Below the pieces are notes generated by a model that was not told where the DNA came from, did no database searches, and was given only the letters and a program-made list of their open reading frames with translations. Of a DNA stretch of 64,000 bases, positions 59,062 through 64,000 are shown piece after piece; position 1 is the first letter of the stretch, and each line of letters begins with the position of its first letter. Position numbers and translations under genes: made by a program. This stretch comes from Candidatus Latescibacterota bacterium (lineage in GTDB: Bacteria; Latescibacterota; UBA2968; UBA8231). The stretch covers positions 3,520,001 through 3,584,000 of the forward strand of contig OZ242318.1 of NCBI GenBank assembly GCA_965208105.1. The letters are read 5' to 3'.

Positions 59062-61194
59062 ATGGAGCGTTTCACATTAGAACATCTGGTTGGATTAAAG
59101 GTGCCGGCTGCACGTACGCCATTTGATCTCAGTTCCGATGGACGTTTCCTGGCTCTTACGATGGTTTCCGTGGGCAGCAACCCCTCGTTATTGAGGTCCG
59201 GGAATCCTACCGGCGTTCCACAGGAAGTCATGCGTCCCTCGATTGTTGTGGTCGACACCGAGGATGGAAGTTACGTCAATCCATTCGGCGATACAAACCT
59301 CTCCTGGGGATCCCAGTGGTCCCCAGACGGTCGATATCTTGCAGCCTATATTCAGAAAAACGAGAGTCCTGCATGCCTGGCGATATGGGACAGAAGCACG
59401 TCCGAGACGAATGTGCATATCAACCTAAAATATTCGGGTGAATTTGGTTTTGAAGTTCCCAGATGGACAGAAGATGGACGACGGATTTTGATGAAGATGG
59501 ATCCTGGCAAATCGGATGATATTGCTGGAGAATCAGATGACAAAGGAATCCGGCGACGGACGTTTGGCGCATCGGGCGTCCTCCCGGTCGAAGAAATTGA
59601 GAAAAGGGCGAACCTGGTCTCGGTAGACGTGGATTCAGGGGAGGTTTCCTTACTGGCCGAAGATTGGCTGTTTCGTTGCTGGCGGCCGTCTCCCGATGGA
59701 AGGCATGTTGCCTGCCTTCGTCTGGTCGAACACGACGATGTATCGGGGAGGAACATGTGCGATCTGATGGTCATCGGCGTCGGCGACGGAAAGACTGTTT
59801 GTGTTGCGGAGGGGATCGGCCAGTCCTACACGACGGCCTTCAGCTGGTCTCCGGATGGTACGCGTCTGTGCTATTTGACCTGGGGAGGGGAGAACTCCGG
59901 ACATCCCTTTGTAGTCGCTAAGGATGGAGCCGGCAGCCCAATTGATTTAACAGGCGACAGGGATGTTTACGTTCGAAAAGTCGATTCTCTCTATGAACTC
60001 CCCCCGAGGTGGAGTCCGGATTCGGATGCGGTATTTCTACTTGTTCCTGATGGCATCTGGGTTTTCGGAGCTTCGGGGGAAGATCAACGGAAGGTATCGG
60101 TCCCTGAAAATAACACGGTATCCACCTGGCTTCTTCCACAAAAGACTACAGTGGTGAGTACAGCAAAGGTATCGCTTGCCATGACTCGAAAAGACGATAC
60201 GCTTTTTGTTGCTGAATTGGATCTCGAAAGCGGAGATTTTCAAGAAAAACTCAAGATAGATGGATCGATCCAACCGTGCACGCTACTGAATGACGCATCC
60301 AGCGATGGAAATACCTTCTTCGTTGCCAGGGAGTCTGCGACAAAACCTCCGGAAGTCATCAAGGTAAGCGCAGATGGCCCAATAAAGCGTATTTACAAAC
60401 CGCTGTCTTCGATCGATTCCATTGAATTCGGCACGCCAGAGCTTGTTGAATTTGAGAATAACGGCGGCGAGAATTTCAAGGCGGCACTGATGTTGCCTCC
60501 CGGGTTCGATGGGAGCCTGCCCGTACCGGCAATCACTGTGGTCTACGGAGATTACTCATACTCCGAGGATATCAACCGATTTGGATTTTCCTGGACGGTA
60601 TCCGAAGATAATGCCCACTTTTTGGCTCATCGGGGATATGCTGTGATTTACCCGGATATTGAACTTTCCGGCAGGGACCCCATGAATCAGATTGTGGACA
60701 GGACGACGCCTGTGATTGAACACTTGATCGATCGGAAAATTATAGACCCAGATCGAATCGGACTCTACGGCCATAGCTACGGGGCTTACTCCGTCCTGGC
60801 CCTGATCACGGGGTCGAACTTTTTCCGGGCTGCCGTATGTAACGCGCCAATCGTAAACCTGTCCAGCTTTTACGGGAGAGGAAACTGGTTCTGGTTTGAG
60901 ACCGGCCAGGGGAGACTCGGGAAGCCGCCGTGGGGCGATCCGGAGGCGTATGTCCGCAATTCACCGCTGTTCTTCCTGGACAAGGTTCAGGCGTCGGTAC
61001 TGCTCCTTAATGGCAGTGAGGATATAGCCTCTGCGGGGCAAGCAGCCGAAGCCTACAGTGGCCTTCTCAGACTAGGACGGAAAGTGGAGTGGATCCAATA
61101 TGAGGGCGCAGACCACTTCACGCCAGAGTGGGAATGCACGAAATTCGAGCATCTTTGTAACGCTATTCTCGACTGGTTCGATCAGAATTTATAG
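59062..61194 (+). CDS. S9 family serine peptidase (beta-propeller plus alpha/beta hydrolase)
   Basis: Repeated WSPDG motifs, GHSYG nucleophile, NSP, GSED, GADH. Confidence 0.92.
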   Translation: MERFTLEHLVGLKVPAARTPFDLSSDGRFLALTMVSVGSNPSLLRSGNPTGVPQEVMRPSIVVVDTEDGSYVNPFGDTNLSWGSQWSPDGRYLAAYIQKNESPACLAIWDRSTSETNVHINLKYSGEFGFEVPRWTEDGRRILMKMDPGKSDDIAGESDDKGIRRRTFGASGVLPVEEIEKRANLVSVDVDSGEVSLLAEDWLFRCWRPSPDGRHVACLRLVEHDDVSGRNMCDLMVIGVGDGKTVCVAEGIGQSYTTAFSWSPDGTRLCYLTWGGENSGHPFVVAKDGAGSPIDLTGDRDVYVRKVDSLYELPPRWSPDSDAVFLLVPDGIWVFGASGEDQRKVSVPENNTVSTWLLPQKTTVVSTAKVSLAMTRKDDTLFVAELDLESGDFQEKLKIDGSIQPCTLLNDASSDGNTFFVARESATKPPEVIKVSADGPIKRIYKPLSSIDSIEFGTPELVEFENNGGENFKAALMLPPGFDGSLPVPAITVVYGDYSYSEDINRFGFSWTVSEDNAHFLAHRGYAVIYPDIELSGRDPMNQIVDRTTPVIEHLIDRKIIDPDRIGLYGHSYGAYSVLALITGSNFFRAAVCNAPIVNLSSFYGRGNWFWFETGQGRLGKPPWGDPEAYVRNSPLFFLDKVQASVLLLNGSEDIASAGQAAEAYSGLLRLGRKVEWIQYEGADHFTPEWECTKFEHLCNAILDWFDQNL

Positions 61195-62070
61195 CCTCCA
61201 AATAGATTTATTCCGGACCTATTTCCCAGACTAGTATAGGGGCAATCTCAGCGGCATTGTGCCGTTCTCCCAGGCAAACAGATGTCCCCTTCCTGAGAGA
61301 GGCATACCAAACTGCAGGGACCTTGTACGAATCGATCTATGCAAACTCAGCAAACGAGTTACGCAAATTCCCTATGCGTCTCAAAAATATTTGCGACTGT
61401 TAAACCCAGTAGGTACTATCGAGCCAAGACAATAAAGCCTAAGGCAATTTGACTAACCATTGGTTCGGGTAGATGCAGAAAGGTGACATATCCAGGGCAA
61501 ACCCATCCTTCGGAACGCAGCTGAAATGACTGACCTCTCATCGTTGCCTGATATCAAAATCGGATCTCACCTGTTCCATATCCACTTCTTGGCCCTTCGC
61601 GAGTCCTGGTCCGAATTTTCTTGTTGTGACGCAAACTTCAGTTCTTGTCGGACCGGGTTTTTCTCAGGTCGGAGTGCCTACTTGCCAAAGCCGCGCTAGG
61701 CATCTCGGGACTTCGGATGGTGGTCGGAAACCAATTTTGCTCCTTGACAAGTTCCCACCCCAAATTTCCGGTGGCCACTTACTTCATTCCGTGTTCCCCT
61801 GGACTCCGGCGACTTGATTGCTGCAGATACCTGGGTGCTAAGCGTGTTTGAGATTGGAAAGACCGTCGGGAAATTTCAGTTCAAAACCTGTCCATAAGGG
61901 CTTGGTAATTCAAAAAATCCTCGATTAACTATTTCAACCAGCAGTTGAGCCGGTGCCGTTATCCTCAATGCCTACAACTGGGGCAATGCCTTATCTTGGC
62001 TGTGCAGTCCACGATAGTGACTGCCCGGTGTGAGGCCGGTGAAAATTCCCAGCCAAAAGGAGGAGGAGAA

Positions 62071-62835
62071 ATGATTGACCCAGTCGAGCTCGGACAAAGG
62101 TTAAAGGAGAGACGGAAGCATCGAGGATTCACGCAGGAACAACTGGGGCAAGACCTGTTCGTCAGCCCGCAGGCCGTTTCCAAGTGGGAGACCGGCGAGT
62201 CACTCCCCGATATAGGGACAATTCCTGCCTTGTGCAAAGCTCTGGGCACTTCCTCCGATGATTTATTGGGAATCAGCAGTGAACCCGACATAGAAACTCT
62301 CGGAGTCAAATTAGCCCGGAGTATCGGAAATCTCAAAGACAGCGAGGAACGACATGCTGCTCTAATGACGGCCCTCGGACTCTTGATCTCGACCTCTGTT
62401 GGGGGAGGTAATGGGGACAGGAATATTTCCTATCAATTATCTGACAGCGGACTTACGGGCTTCAGCTTCTGGAGCAGCATCGGTTTAGTATGCTTTGCTG
62501 GGGGGCAGTCATTGGAAAAAGAAACCCCATCAACCCACATGCTGGACATTCTTCGCACCCTACTCTCTACCGATTGCTGGCCCATCGCTTCTCGACTACT
62601 AGGTGGACCTAAAAATTGGGCCGCCCTATCGGAAGTCGAGCCGGTCGGATCTACGCAGGCACTGAAGGGTGTACTTGGTAAATTGATTGCAGCAGGGATC
62701 TTGGTACAAGACAAGGAGGGCTATCGGTTGGAAGAGAACTATGGACTAATTCTAACTGGAATGATCAAGGCCCTATGTATGGAAAGCGCGAGAGAAGGTA
62801 TTGGAAGTAGTATCTTCGTGAATCGACAGACCTAG
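62071..62835 (+). CDS. XRE-family HTH regulator with C-terminal wHTH-like domain
   Basis: AGGAGGAGGAG RBS; TQEQL...L.VSPQAVSKWE.G.S.PD. Confidence 0.9.
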   Translation: MIDPVELGQRLKERRKHRGFTQEQLGQDLFVSPQAVSKWETGESLPDIGTIPALCKALGTSSDDLLGISSEPDIETLGVKLARSIGNLKDSEERHAALMTALGLLISTSVGGGNGDRNISYQLSDSGLTGFSFWSSIGLVCFAGGQSLEKETPSTHMLDILRTLLSTDCWPIASRLLGGPKNWAALSEVEPVGSTQALKGVLGKLIAAGILVQDKEGYRLEENYGLILTGMIKALCMESAREGIGSSIFVNRQT

Positions 62836-63037
62836 GGCTATCTCTAAGCGGCGACGGCCATCCATCGGTACCCAGCGGTCGGATCGAATTTTTGGGTGGA
62901 GCGCTGGGTAACGGCTACTACAAGGACGCCATCCTCGGCTTGAAGCGGTGAGTTGACCGTTATCTGGACTACATGTACCAGATCAATCCGATAGAAATCC
63001 AGCCCTACGAGCAGGTTTTCCCACCAAGGAGGAAAAC

Positions 63038-63223
63038 ATGGCCAAGATCGAAAGAGAACGGGTGGAGCGTGTGGCGCGGATTTATTCGAGCAACCAGGAA
63101 GCCAGCCAGGCCCTGGGCATCGTCATGCAGAGCTTCGGCCGGCTCTGCCGCGAGTACGGTATCGAGACTCCCTATGCGCGCAGGCGCCGGCTCCGCCAGC
63201 GCAAGGAATCCAGAGCAAATTAG
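63038..63223 (+). CDS. Small Fis-like HTH protein (61 aa)
   Basis: AAGGAGG RBS; ERVARIYSSNQEASQALGI...SF.RLCR.YGIETP; Arg-rich tail. Confidence 0.75.
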   Translation: MAKIERERVERVARIYSSNQEASQALGIVMQSFGRLCREYGIETPYARRRRLRQRKESRAN

Positions 63224-63323
63224 ACCGATCCCCTTGGTCGACGAGCGGGCGGTGTGGACAACCCGGAGAAACCCCTCATAAAATTTAGCAATGGGCTCCG
63301 GTCTGGATAAGTTCAAAAACGAA

Positions 63324-64000
63324 ATGAAAAAAGAATCTTCATCCCTCCTGCCGAGAATATCGGTGAATCGCCCCGTATCCGTTGTAATGGGCCTGATGGC
63401 TTTGCTGGTGGTAGGCTACATTGCCTATAGCCGGATTCCACTCAGCCGGTTCCCCGAAGGGCTGGAAGACAATTGGCTCTACATAAACATATACTATCCT
63501 CACGCCAGTCCATTTGAAGTGAAGGAGAAAATTCTACCCTACGCTGAAGATGAGCTCTCAAAACTCAACTGGGTAAAATATCTCGAAACGGTCTGTGCCT
63601 ACGGCCAATTAAACGCCAAACTGCAATGCCGGCCGAATACGGACACAAATCGCGCCTATGTTGAGCTGCAGGATGTGCTGGATCGGATTCGCCCGGATTT
63701 ACCGGAAAGAATCGAGTCCATGCATGTCGTACAGTTCGACATGGATGATGCATCCGTTATGGGGATGACCGCTACGTTCGAGGGGGATTTCATCAATCCG
63801 TATTATCTGTTGAATACCTACCTGAGACCCATGCTGCAACGAATCGAAGGTGTGGCTCACGTAGGTATATGGGGACCTGGTCGTAAGGAAGTCCGGATTG
63901 AATTGGATGAGGACAAGGTGCTCAACCACAAGATCCAAATAGCCGATCTCGTCGATCACCTGCAGACCCAGAATTTCACTTTATCAGGTGGATATGTGCG
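63324..64000 (+). CDS. RND efflux permease (AcrB/CzcA family), 5' part
   Basis: MKKESSSLLPRISVNRPVSVVMGLMALLVVGYIAYSRIPL..FP; RIEGVA.V...G...KEVRIELD; open to the window end. Confidence 0.85.
   Translation, partial: MKKESSSLLPRISVNRPVSVVMGLMALLVVGYIAYSRIPLSRFPEGLEDNWLYINIYYPHASPFEVKEKILPYAEDELSKLNWVKYLETVCAYGQLNAKLQCRPNTDTNRAYVELQDVLDRIRPDLPERIESMHVVQFDMDDASVMGMTATFEGDFINPYYLLNTYLRPMLQRIEGVAHVGIWGPGRKEVRIELDEDKVLNHKIQIADLVDHLQTQNFTLSGGYV

Noticed and set aside
61248-61346. Cys-rich minus-strand frame VCIDRFVQGPCSLVCLSQEGDICLPGRTAQCR as a RiPP core
   Set aside because: Bounded upstream by in-frame stops, with no leader and no convincing start
61493-61520. CAGGGCAAACC...GGAACGCAG resembling a c-di-GMP-I riboswitch
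   Set aside because: No GNRA-capped P2 stem or P3; an Infernal search against Rfam would be needed

Overview
A GC-rich bacterial window. The gene content suggests, by inference only, a Candidatus Latescibacterota/Poribacteria-like organism: eight PhyH-family dioxygenases, a sulfatase, BNR-repeat proteins, a DUF6785-like membrane protein and a C-terminal 'SWGxxK' motif. Positions 1-8.6 kb are a defence island. It holds the end of hsdS, a patch of intact and decayed toxin-antitoxin modules between hsdS and hsdR, hsdR with a YgjP/M48 metallopeptidase, and a lower-GC, tightly coupled three-gene operon (6695-8019) ending in a putative papain-like Cys/His enzyme. That operon is the best candidate for an undescribed system. 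Positions 8.6-18.7 kb carry a TonB-receptor/TPR operon, a YtrA-type GntR-ABC operon, vapBC and yefM-yoeB. Positions 18.8-57 kb are a catabolic region: PhyH/TauD dioxygenases, UxuA-like dehydratases, two sialidase-like paralogues, CoA ligase-thiolase-DUF35, sulfatase, a haloacetate dehalogenase-like hydrolase, nrfHA with an all-CXXCH NrfA, and one MITE. Positions 57-64 kb are lower in GC and hold a peptide-exporter-type ABC transporter, an S9 peptidase, an XRE regulator, a small HTH protein and the start of an RND permease. No rRNA, tRNA or CRISPR array was recognised. All family calls come from motif recognition, not from database searches.
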